This document shows, in pieces, positions 23,537 through 34,722 of a stretch of 64,000 bases of DNA (its first letter is position 1; every line of letters starts with the position of its first letter). The stretch lies in NCBI GenBank assembly GCA_010093815.1, contig ML996574.1. One strand, 5' to 3'. Made by a program: the position numbers and the translations under genes. The stretch comes from Pseudovirgaria hyperparasitica. Its lineage: Eukaryota. A model generated the notes under the pieces. That model was not told the origin of the DNA. It made no database searches and worked only from the letters and a program-made list of their open reading frames with translations.

Positions 23537-25966
23537 ATGGACAAAGACGCGGCAAGAACCTCACAAGACGAAGCTGCAAATGGGGCCACAACAACAGCTG
23601 CATCATCAAGACCCGGAATGTCTCCCGGGGATGAAGAAAATAAATTCCAGAAGGCTATCGCAGCGTGGCGCAGTACGTACTACAACGTAAATCTACGACA
23701 CCAAAGCTGACCTGTGTTGATTAGACATCGATCTGACTACCTTGGTTCCCACCCTTGATACTGCTGCCTATGATCTGAATGCGAATCAGCGTGATACTTT
23801 GACACAACGGAAGGATCTTGCCCAAAAGACGAAGGAATTTAGGAAACTTGACGATGCCGGCAAACTGGCTGAGATCAAAGGACTACTGAAATGTATGGCC
23901 TGACCGATTCAATACAGCTTTATGGGAGACTAGCTGACTGGTCTCAGCATATCAGACGTTCATTGACCTGATCTCGAACCAATCCAAAAGCATATCAACT
24001 GCGTTCTTCCAGGTGTACACTCCCTTGTCTGAAGCCCCTGATCCATACCCACTCCTCGAAGCCTCGGTTGAATCACTAGTCACATCTATTGATACCGTTC
24101 CAAGGCTCGAGAAAGAAAATCAGGAGCTACACAAAAATGTGAAGGCTCTATCGACACAGCTTGAGGAAACGGAGGTGAAGCTACAGGAGGAACGTACCAC
24201 AAGGCAGGCTTTGGAAGAGACTCGTGATTCAGAAGTAAAGGAGATCGAGTCTACATGGTCAGCGGTCTTGGGCGAGAAACAAGACAACTGCGATGCAAAA
24301 GTAAAGAGCTTAGAAGACAAGTTAGAGAGCCAGGATAGACTCCTAAAAGAAATCAAAGCTAGCTACGAAGTCTCCCAGCGGCTTGACAGAGGCGAAGAGG
24401 CAGAGAATGAAGGTGCCCGAAGTAGTGCAACCGCCGCTGAATTGGAAGTTGTCAGCTCGGAGCTAGAGAGAACAAATCTGCGATTAGCGGACGTAGAGGC
24501 AAGGAATGAGCAGCTACGCCTGGAACTAGCCCAATCTGCTTCACAGTCACACCGTACCCGACCTGAGGCTGTTGAAGATGACCCGGTTTACCAGCGGTTG
24601 CAATCCGAGAACCAGATCTTGCTGCGCAAGCTTGGAACTACCCGCCTTGAGAAGGAGTCCGAAAACAGAAGAATTGAAGGCGAGATTAGAACACTAGAGC
24701 GAGAGATTACGACTCTCAAGAAAGATCGCGACTCTTTAAAAGATAAAGTGCAGAAGTGGGGTGACTATGAGAACGTCAAACAAGAGCTCGAGGTCCTAAA
24801 GGTACGTCAAGCCGCTGCGGGCACTTGCGTAAACTAATAAGTATCAGTCGATCGAGTTCGCCACAGGCGATGATGATGAGGAAGCTGATCTTGACACAAC
24901 ATCCGACCAGAGTGAGCAGCCAAATGGCTCCGCAAGCACGAGCAAGGGAGATACCCTGGAGCAATTACTTCTCACGCGCAACAAGAAGCTCACGAATGAG
25001 CTTACTGTGCTGCGCGTCTCACATCAGGATCTTCAGAACAGGCTCGAGACCCTGCAAGAAGAGCTTTCAAATACCAACATGGACTTGGAAAAGTCGAGGG
25101 CTCTGACCGCAACACTGGAGAACGATCTCGAAAAGGTTCAACAGGAAGCTACCAATGCCTTTGATTCTTCGGCTATGTCTGTAGCAGGGACGTATACGTC
25201 AAGGTACCCTGGCACAGCCTATGGAAGTCGACGAGGTAGGGCCTCCTCCCCAACTTCGTCTATTATCTCTGGGTTCGACAACTCAGGGCCGAAATCAACG
25301 CTCGATGCAATCCGAGCTGGAGAACCAGTAGGTGGTGGCTCTGGTATATTGCCCATGATCACTGCTCAGCGCGATCGCTTCAAGAAGAAGAATACTGAAC
25401 TAGAGTCTGAGCTTTCCAAGGCCCATCAATCAGTGTCATCGCTTCGCTCTGAGGTCGCCTCCTTACAGAAAGACAATCTGAATCTTTACGAAAAGACTCG
25501 TTATGTGTCGACATACAACCGTGGCGCGACTTCATCCTCAGCATATTCAAATGCAAATCCTTCCGCCATCCAAATGACCTCCAACACCTCGTCCGGTCTG
25601 ACTACCGACCGATATCGATCTGCTTACGAGTCTTCTATCTCGCCATTCGCAGCCTTTCGTGGACGAGAAAGCGCCCGCGCTATAAAACGTATGAGCTTAC
25701 CTGAACGGATAGTTTTCAGAATTACGCGGCTGGTATTAGCGACACGTGCGAGTCGAAACCTTTTTGCTTTCTATTGCATGGCATTACATATCCTGGTCTT
25801 TATGATGCTTTACTGGATGAGCACAGTGGAAATTGAACAACGTAGTAGTGGTTTAAGCAGCGGAACTGCTGCTGCAATGCAAGCTGTCGCAGACGGCGCC
25901 TTGTCAGGTAAGGAGGATCTGGCTGGCAAGGAGTGGCATCAAGAAAGTTTCCAAGAAGGGGGATAG
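23537..25966 (+). CDS. COY1: Golgi coiled-coil membrane protein CASP/Coy1 (4 exons)
   Basis: ATG 23537; FQKAIAAWRNIDL, RKDLAQKTKEFRKL, YQTFID, LSEAPDPYPLLEA, long coiled coil, ILPMITAQRDRF, LQKDNLNLYEKTRY, YESSISPFAAF and a C-terminal TM (FYCMALHILVF). Three short GT-AG introns. Confidence 0.9.
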
Positions 25967-26607
25967 CAGTGAATGTTTTCTGTATAATAATGTGGATGTC
26001 CCATCTAGGATGTGAGCTCAATTTCGGGAAATTTGATCTGTGAAGACTCTTACTAGCCATCATTGTTTGTCGGCACAATTAAGTCGTATCATTAGCAAGC
26101 GCTCAGCAGCAGACTCGTGTCTTATGTACTTCCGAAGTTCGTACTGTCAGTGGTTGGGCTATGAAACGAGTGACGCTGGTATACGAATCTGAAACCCCTC
26201 AACATCCCTGCAAGGCGTAATTGAAAGCTATTGGACCAAAATAGTAGAATGGTCATCCGATCCAATGGGGGGCGTTTGAGAATGTAAATATTGCCAGTTA
26301 GCCGACCATTCATTGTCAATGTACAAATATCGCGAACAATGCGTGTAGCGAAAAAACACGAAAGAACTCATTGGTCACGCTATTAATGATTTCATTTGTT
26401 CATGTATATTACTATCATTCGATGCGTAGCATCGTCCAACGAGCATTCAATGGCGATACAACAATGAATGCCACCCAAGTACAACCACAGCCAGAGCTCC
26501 ATTATATGGCAACGCCTTTCAACGCCCCCGCGCCATACTATGCATCATCAAGATAAAAGAATATATCGACAGTCAGAACCAAATTCTCCCTTTCCCACAC
26601 TTCCCAC

Positions 26608-27388
26608 TCAGTGGTAGAAGTAGTAATTTGCCGCATATTGGACCTGAAACGTCGCAGCTTGTCCGTCACATGTCTTGGGTGCAACACCACCCGCGGTATC
26701 TACACGGTACACCTCCTTGTAATTACCCTCCACCGCCGTTAGTCGCAGCCACGGCACGCTGCCGAGGCCATTGTATCCCTTTGCTGCGTCCCCTGGCGCA
26801 GGCGTCTTGACCGCGTTCTTGCCGTCGCACATGACGGTGCCAAACTCGTGGTTTGCGGTGTCGAGGTTGAAGAAAGGTGTTGTGAGGCTAGTGAAGAGAT
26901 GGTGGCCGCTCATGAGCATGTCAACGTTGTCGGCAGCGCGAGTGGAGACGGGGACTGGGAGGGAGAGTGCCACACGAGGGAGCCAGTGGATTAGATTCGA
27001 GGATTGAGCCGCGGCGCAGGTCATGTTGAACAATGTGGCGATGGCGCCGCCGGCTTTTGGCGCAGAGGATGGGTTTGATGTATCGCATGTGTAGTTCTGG
27101 GTGCCACGACCTAGGGCGACATGGGCGAGTGTAAGGCCTTCTGAAGGGGGACCGAGGGCTTCAAAGCCTGTGGGAAATTGATTAACTATGCGTAGAGGAA
27201 AAAGAGAGACGGGACTAACCTTGAGGTAATTGTGCTTGTGAAGGATCACACACAGCCATACCAGTGCGTAAAGCGTCAGAGCCGCGCCGGGCGATTGAGT
27301 CCAGCCAGTTCAAGTTGAAGCTTCCACCAGGGAGAGCAGCAACGAGAGGAATAGCAGCAACAAGGGTGAGGATACTCGAGCAGCGCAT
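26608..27388 (-). CDS. Secreted DUF3455-family protein (~242 aa, 2 exons)
   Basis: Signal peptide MRCSSILTLVAAIPLVAA; intron 27219-27168; motifs ALGRGTQNYTC, GAIATLF, GHHLF, VPWLRL, VYRVDTAGG, VQYAANYYFY. Confidence 0.85.
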
Positions 27389-30300
27389 GATGTAGAGCGT
27401 CAAATACTGTCGGATATCTGGAGAAGAAGGTTGATCAAAAGGGAAGCAAGGAGAGTAAATAGAAAACAAGAAACCCCAAAGCAAACGCGCAATCAATGCA
27501 ACAGGAATGATGAATGTATGACACTGCAATCGAAGCGGTCGGAACAATTCCTTATATGTTTTCTCCTCTGCTCCACAAGATCAAGGTTGCCAAACGAGGT
27601 CCGTCCAGAAATCCAGTTTTTCCCCAGCGCGTACGGATGGCAAAAATAACCAGCCGCGCACAAGCCAATCAACGCGCTTGCCGGGCTAAAGCGCTAGTGT
27701 CACCCCCTGATGCTTCTGCCAGGATTATGAGGCCAAGCTCATTAGCTCCCGTAGCTAGCGCACGGCAATCTGACCCAAAAATAGCAATGCTGAGAGATAC
27801 ACAATCTGTGAGCTGTGATAGGTCAAGGATGCCAGAGTTCGACTGGTAGAGATCGGGTGGGTGCTTTGACAACGGGAATGCAAGGATCGAGTGGAACCAA
27901 TGCCCATGTGCGTTCTGCGTTCTGGTCATCTTCTTCGACGCGCCGTGTGGCTGGTGAGCAGGGTGGGCTAAGAAGCATACGGTCCGTAGGGTTGCGCAAT
28001 GTGTTGTCGATGTCTTGGCTAATGATATTTTGTGCTCATGAGCCGTGAGGTTGTTGACAATCTGAGTCCAGTCGTTCTTCGTGGCGGTAAATGCCGAGTA
28101 CGGCTCGGCAATGGATGAAAAGTTCCGGACCGGGGAGTTCAGTGCGCATAATAACTTTCTCCGTCACGCTTCCTCAAGGAAGATTGTTTAATAGTCCTCT
28201 GAAGACCATATTTGGTATCCCATATTCGTACTCGTCTAGAGACCTACGTCAAAAAGACACTAGCTTGGACACCGGTCTCAAGGCTCATCGCGCTATTGCA
28301 GATTTCGCGCCGTGAAAAGGCATTGACAGTTTGACACCATGGTTTCCACGGGCCAAGCCGCCGAACACGTCTTCGAGGGCTTCTATGAGCCGCACGCGCT
28401 GGCACCGTGCCACCATGCGATTCTGCGTTGTCGAAGACCCACACGCAAGCCGAAGTCGCCAGCACGACGACGACCATGATAAAGACCGCTAATTGCACTA
28501 CCTAAGAGGATATATTAGCATTCAATAGATGTCCATTATTCAGCCCATGGATGAGATCGTCCAATCGCTGCCGTGGATCACGGTTCCCTTGTACCCGCTA
28601 AGTCAAACTAAGAAAGCAATCTCGATGAGCGCTTCAATGAAGGTTCTGATTGGACGGACGCTTCGGATGTTTCACGACATATCCGCAACGACTCTTCACT
28701 CGATAGGAGCTTCACAGAAACAAGGTGGACGTGGTGGTGGGTTGCGCAATACTTATGCGGTGACCATGTTAATATGCGGCTGATAGTAAGAGATTGCGTG
28801 GTTCCTTTTGTCGCGTGCACAATCTATCAATGGATTATGCTGGCCTGTTCAAACGTCGTCATTCGTAGCGTTACTAATGGTGAAGCAAGCTGTACGTGGG
28901 AAGCTACTGAATTCGTGATATCTGCAAGATCCTAGTGTCCAAATTTGAAGTTCATATCGTGCTCGAGCATAAATGGATCCCGAGTTCTGTTCATGACATG
29001 TCGTATCACTTGTGCTAATGACATGGAAAAAGCAATAACTATATTAGCCTTGTTGGATAGGTCCACAATTTTCAAGTTACTAGTCAAAGCACGTCTGGCA
29101 GGCATGACAGTGTTGGAAAAACAACTTGGGAACCGTCGCTGTGCCCAGCATACGTCGAGGCAAATGGCTATAGATTATTCGCATGCGAGCAGAGCCAATA
29201 ACAGCACTCTTGCATTCACTTTCTTCATCAATTCCCATTTTCACGCATTGGCATATAAAGCCGCCGATCTATCATTTATACTCCCGGAGTCCCGGATATG
29301 CTCTGGTCAGGTTTCAAAGAGTCGTGATAGAAGAGGTCATATGCACAAAGTGAATCGGAGAAGGCCATGTGCTGCTGTGGTTTGTAGCACAGGATTCCAA
29401 CTCATCATGTACGTCCATTCTTTGACATTCGTGGGCATACAAAGCCCTGACTGCCCTGCACATGAAGAGCCTTGTTCTTGTAGTGATCATTGTTGTTGCT
29501 TTATAAGCCCCTTGTAGACCTTACACCTGCATCAGGCTGTACTTTGCATAGTATTGGATATATGCTAGATCTATATAACATTTCATAGGTTCTTTGAAGA
29601 GATGCATTCGGCTGTGCTTCAGCTCCTCAAACTTATCGTCCAACACGTTTTCGAGACGGTGGCGTATCCGTATGCTGAATAGTGGATTTAAGATCAAGGA
29701 CGATGAGTACTTCATGGAACGCTATGTGTCTTTCGTCGGTACGTAGAGAACAACGACAGCAGAGGCCTACTTGCAGATCCTACTCACTCACGACCAACTT
29801 TATACACAAATTGAAAGCTTCGATGAGAGCGATCTTTGGGATGTGCCACTCGCATCGGGGCAGGCTTTTCGATCACAATTTCTTGTGCAAATTGGATGAG
29901 ACTCGCCTGTGTTCATCTGGCCATCAAAATCGTATCACGATCCAATGAGCATGAACAGTCTTGATCTCGCGTCGAGACTCATCCAATACCTGCCTGGTGG
30001 AGATCTTCCTGTCTCTTATCTACCAATGATCATGCCTCTCATATTCTGTCGTCTTTTGTCTCACGCCATCGATGAACAATGCAATTTTCGGGCCTCTCCT
30101 AATCGTGTCCACCGCTTGGGAGTTATGGCAATCATCACCGCTACGAGAGATCCTGTCTGTACGCTGGAACGCGAGAGAAGTATGTATTGAGCGGCCGGTA
30201 TGAACGAGGAGACAAGTAGAGAGGCATTATGCCGGGCGTGATTGCCGTTGAGAAAAGTCGAGTTTATCAGCATGGACGAGACGCTCATATCTGGGAGCGA

Positions 30301-30430
30301 TCGAGCTGGACGTCAGGTAGGACAGGGCAATCAGTCAATGAGAGCGGCAGCAGCAAGAACAACGACGAAAGAGCAATGAACCCAAGCCGAAATCAAACCG
30401 AAAAATGGGCGCTCAAAATTCAAAACAAAA

Positions 30431-30562
30431 GCTCATGCCCGGAATCGAACCGGAGATCATGCGCCTCTGCGCCCCTGCAGATACTTAGCTCCTTCATCTG
30501 GTGCTTTTCTTCAGTGGTAGGTCAGGTCATTAACCAACTAGACTATTCTCCCACTGGGGCTT
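30431..30562 (-). ncRNA. Putative Pol III-transcribed tRNA-like structured RNA (not a canonical tRNA)
   Basis: Upstream TATAA (30590-30586), A box TAGTCTAGTTGG (30545-30534), B box GGTTCGATTCC (30451-30441) in a T-arm, followed by TTTTGTTTTG. No acceptor or anticodon stem can be formed. Confidence 0.6.
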
Positions 30563-30785
30563 GCATTCTTCGGTGAATAGAAAACTTATAAAGGATGTGT
30601 GTGGAACGCTACAGCCAATGAACAGAAGTCCTGAAGACGAACACAATGTACACTCGAATATGTTAAGTGAAGTACGTAGGGGTATCTGATCCACAACAAA
30701 ATGAAAACGCTAAAATCCTCAAATTAGCTCCTGGCAATGGTCCAACGCAGTGAACAGACAATGGCCATCCTTCGCTAAAACACGT

Positions 30786-32666
30786 TCATCCGATCATATT
30801 ACTCCAAGTGCTGCGCAAAGAGCCAAATATGCGTCGCCCAAAATCTCCAATTTTTGCACCAAAAACTGCTGCAGGCTTGGTCGCAAGCTGTGCTTCAAGG
30901 TCTATGATCTGCTCTAGATGCCTCTGCTGATTCGAAGCAAAGAATTTATTTCGAGCGCTCGAGTTTGATAACTCGACTTGGGTTTGCAGCAACGAGATCT
31001 GTAGGCTTTCAAGTTGAACCCTTAGCTTTCTCTCTCTTTCTTTGCCTCTTTCATCGTTCATAGTAAGAATCCCTTCTAGCTTTGTATTGATGGTCTCCTG
31101 AGTAACGAGCTTTGCCTTCAGGCCTGCCATATCGGACTCATGGCGTGCAACTATCGGATCCCATTCTTCGCGGAGCTTGTAAGTGATATCGCGCTCGTTC
31201 ATGAGTTGTTGTCGAAGTGATATAATCTCCTCGAGGAGCATCGTTTCGGTGCGGAAATCAGTCCCAATAGCCGTCCCTAGTGAGAGCTTTTGAAACTGCA
31301 GTGGTTGGGGAAGATCTTCGATGGCATCAGAGTTCACACTGTCACGTCTGCCTAATGATATGTTGTCGTCTTCGGTGTATGCAGCCGAAAAGCGTTCGTC
31401 ACGGGGACGAGCACGAGCCCGAGTGCTGCCACCAAGTATGTTGTCCTGGGCGAGACTACGTAGCGTTTCTATTTCTGATATCAGTTCTCTTCGTCTTTGT
31501 AACTCGGCTTCTATCTGCTTCTTTAGGCGATTCGTGGATGCTTCGTATGCCAGAGATTGGGCATGGTAGTGTTCACGCTGACGAACGGCTTCATTCTCCG
31601 CATCGTGTGCCGTTACTAAGCTTTGACGAAGCTGTTCTGATTTACGAAGTTCAGTCGCTAGCCTTGCTTCGAGCGCACTGATCCGAGCCACAAGGCTGTA
31701 TTCACTATTACCTACTTTTTCCAGATCCTCTCTTAGCTGTTTAGTGTTTCTGCTTTCACTGTCGAGCTGTGCTGTAAGACGATCGATCTTGTTGACCAGC
31801 GTAAGATTCTTCGCGGCTTTCTCCGTCATCTCACTCTCGTATTTCTTCAAGACCACCGACTTGTCTGCAATGTCGGCCTGTAGTGCTTCGATCAGATGGT
31901 CTTGGCTGGTTTGAAGATCCTCGACAGCGGCCCGCCCTTGTTGTAGGACTTGTTGATACTCTCGGGCAGATTCGCGTTCTTGTGCAAGTTCGGCATTGAA
32001 CTCAGCTTTTTGGTATTCTAGGAATGTTCGCAGCTCCTCTGCATCACGTGCACGCTCAGCGTAGGCAATTTCGAGTTGATTGATACGCGTTTTGAGGTTT
32101 TCGTTGTCTACTTCTGCTTGCTGCAATCCTTGCTCGTGTCCAAGTCTTCCTGGCGGAGTGGAGAGGCGGAAGAACATGTGACGGTCTATTTCATGAATCT
32201 CGGATACAGTGCTTTCGGAGCTGTCCGAGAGCGCAAGATGCACAGGCTCGCTCGAGGAGTAGACGATTTCTTGCAAGCGACTCTTTTCATGTCGCTCAGC
32301 AGCGAGCTTCCCGATCAGCCGGAGATTCTCAGTGCGCAGTCTTTGGCTATCTTCGTAATTGCGAGCCTCTTCGTATACTTTGCGTTTCCACTTGGCGACG
32401 ACCTCGACCTTCTGATTTGAATGAACAGATGGACAAAGGCATAGTTTGGCTAGTTTTGATAGGGCTATGGCGGAGTCGCATGGGGAGAATGCCATCATGT
32501 TATTGATCATGATGCGGATCTGTACAAGATCCGAGTCGGGTATCTTGTACTGGCATCGAGCATTCCAGCGCGAGACTGAGCGCCCGACACAGCAAAGGAC
32601 GCCTTCGCCATCTTGGTGAGAGTTGAGGTTGAGAGTCTGGTAGGGATCCCAAATTTGGCGCGTCAT
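30786..32666 (-). CDS. Hypothetical coiled-coil protein with N-terminal Cys/His motif
   Basis: 626-aa single-exon ORF with ATG start. E/Q/L/K/R-rich heptad pattern over most of its length; N-terminal CCVG...RC...LCLC..VH motif. Confidence 0.8.
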   Translation of the reverse strand: MTRQIWDPYQTLNLNSHQDGEGVLCCVGRSVSRWNARCQYKIPDSDLVQIRIMINNMMAFSPCDSAIALSKLAKLCLCPSVHSNQKVEVVAKWKRKVYEEARNYEDSQRLRTENLRLIGKLAAERHEKSRLQEIVYSSSEPVHLALSDSSESTVSEIHEIDRHMFFRLSTPPGRLGHEQGLQQAEVDNENLKTRINQLEIAYAERARDAEELRTFLEYQKAEFNAELAQERESAREYQQVLQQGRAAVEDLQTSQDHLIEALQADIADKSVVLKKYESEMTEKAAKNLTLVNKIDRLTAQLDSESRNTKQLREDLEKVGNSEYSLVARISALEARLATELRKSEQLRQSLVTAHDAENEAVRQREHYHAQSLAYEASTNRLKKQIEAELQRRRELISEIETLRSLAQDNILGGSTRARARPRDERFSAAYTEDDNISLGRRDSVNSDAIEDLPQPLQFQKLSLGTAIGTDFRTETMLLEEIISLRQQLMNERDITYKLREEWDPIVARHESDMAGLKAKLVTQETINTKLEGILTMNDERGKERERKLRVQLESLQISLLQTQVELSNSSARNKFFASNQQRHLEQIIDLEAQLATKPAAVFGAKIGDFGRRIFGSLRSTWSNMIG

Positions 32667-33680
32667 CGCATCAGTTCAGGAAAAAATGAAGTCTTCGGTG
32701 CGAGCATAGGGATGGGATACTGGGACGGCAGATGATTAAGGGAACTATTGGCGGTCCACATAAGGAGATATAAAAGCCCACTCAAAAGGGGAAAAACGCG
32801 GCCGTAAGTCAAGTGAAAGTACCATTATGCGTCTATAGAGACAGGTCAACAAACTCAAATATAAGTCGATCGCGAAGCTTAGAAGGATCTTCGGCAAGTC
32901 GCCTAGGATGCGAATCTTTGCGATTGGCTAACAACGAGATCACAGCCCAGTTGAATGCATGATTGCATTTGATGGTTTTGAGGTTTCAGCCCCAGGGCCT
33001 ATCGAGGTAATTGTCAAAAAAGGACTCGCCTCGTCATAGCATGAAGTATGCAGTCAGGCCTGAGAACCTTAATCAGTCAGGGTCGCGTCTTCGCTCAGGC
33101 TCTTCATCTAGGGAGGGCAGAAGAGACCAAAAATGTTTACGCTCGTGTCTTATCTTGGAAATCTATCCGTATTCCTCGTAATGCTCGTGACGCCGCAACA
33201 ATACGAGTAGCCAGCATGGTTAGCCAAGTGTTTGTCGAATGACCATCACGCTGGAGCGAGCAAAACAACATAAGACTTTTCGTGTTGATCTGGTAACGTA
33301 TAAATATACATATGACAGCTCCGTCGAGCTGGAAATTAGGACGAAAATGTTCTTCGAAGCCTGTGAGCGATGATAGAATAATCACGTCGTTTGTCTCAGG
33401 ATGAGGTCTCATACAGACTTCCAACGCCTTGGCGCGCTAGACAAAACTGCGCTCAACCCAGAGTGGATAATAGCTTAACTCACGTCAATGCATCCATTCC
33501 ATCAAAGATCGTTGACATCAACTCAAACCTGTTGCATCCAGGTGTGTCCCGCACACAAACGCCCCAAATTGCAGTCAGCTCGCAGCCTCCAGGATAATCA
33601 CTACGCGCAATATACAACAGAACCTGAAGACACCTACACAATTACCTTCCGCTAACTCACTGTACATTACCGGAGCTGCT

Positions 33681-34722
33681 ATGGCCGCACCTCCTTCGAA
33701 AGTAGACCGCCAGACTACCACGCCCTTTCTGCTGAAACTGTTTTATCGTACAGGCGCTTTTCACCGGTAAGCATGATATCCGTCGTTGTAGCGTAGTCGA
33801 TTCCTCCAAATCTGCCAACGGGCGCTCAGACTAGTCGTACCTTGTGACCACCAAGCTCTCGAAACAAGTTGAAGCTCGCCTTGACTATTGAAAGCGCAGG
33901 GCTTGATGCACTTACTTGGTACAATCGTCCTCACAAGCGTCGTCCCCATCTCCATCGAGCAAGCATCGTTACGCACAGATCGCCACGCCTCAGCCTCATA
34001 CAGAACAGGCACGGCCAGAGATACTCTGCTGACTTTACATGTACAGGAACGATGAATTCTCCCCCCAATCACATCCGATAAACCAGCATTTACAGATCTA
34101 CACGTGGCCAAACTGTACTCTCAAAGAGCTGTCGCATCTCCTCGTATCTGCCTTGCCGAATGTCTTGCCTTCACCGGCGATCGGTACACGTCTCGCCTTT
34201 CGCCTAGTATTTCCTGATACCAAGAACACCTCGGGACCACCTAGATACATGAGCAAAGATCTTGGCAGCATAGTTGTCAATGCTGAGCCCGACCCGCAAG
34301 CAAAAAATGCTCCGATGGGCGACCTCGGAGGTGATGCCGAGAAAACGCTACAAGATGCACGTTTTGTTATAGGGGACTATGTATGTTGCGCAATATTTCC
34401 ACCATTAGCGAATGGTGACGTCGCCGGACCGCCTCCACCACAAGCACCTGGTTATGGAGGTATGGGATATGGCGGACGAGGCGGGAGACCACCTCCGCGA
34501 GAGAACGGATTCGGGAGGGGTCGAGACTTCCGGCCAAGAGATCCCGACGGCTTGCCCTCCGGTGAATGGAGGCGAGGAGACATACCACCCCCTGCCCCAG
34601 CAGGCTATGGTGGGGGAGGTAGGCGTGGCAATGGCCGCTACGAAAACGACCGAGAGTATCGTGGAGGATATGGGGGTGGTGGCTATGGTCGAGCTAGAGG
34701 CCGAGGCCGCGGTGGCTACTGA
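33681..34722 (+). CDS. SAP18: Sin3-associated polypeptide SAP18 with RGG-rich tail (~253 aa, 2 exons)
   Basis: Exon 1 33681-33766 MAAPPSKVDRQTTTPFLLKLFYRTGAFHR; intron 33767-34046; exon 2 LQIYTWPNCTLKEL...RLAFRLVFPD...KDLGS...KTLQDARFVIGDYVCCAIFPP, then G/R/Y-rich C-terminus. Confidence 0.92.

Noticed and set aside
26608..27388. 'Malate dehydrogenase' label often attached to this family
   Set aside because: Signal peptide present and no Rossmann GxxGxxG or MDH catalytic motifs; kept as DUF3455.
30431..30560. Calling the Pol III-type element a normal tRNA (Gly-ACC, Trp-CCA) or tRNA-Sec
   Set aside because: Acceptor strands do not pair, there is no 3' anticodon-stem strand even allowing an intron, and no UCA anticodon loop.
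30545..30572. Plus-strand CCACTGGGGCTTGCATTCT resembles the RNase MRP CR-V end
   Set aside because: No matching CR-I (GAAAGTCCCC-like) sequence upstream to form P4, and the Pol III signals are on the opposite strand.
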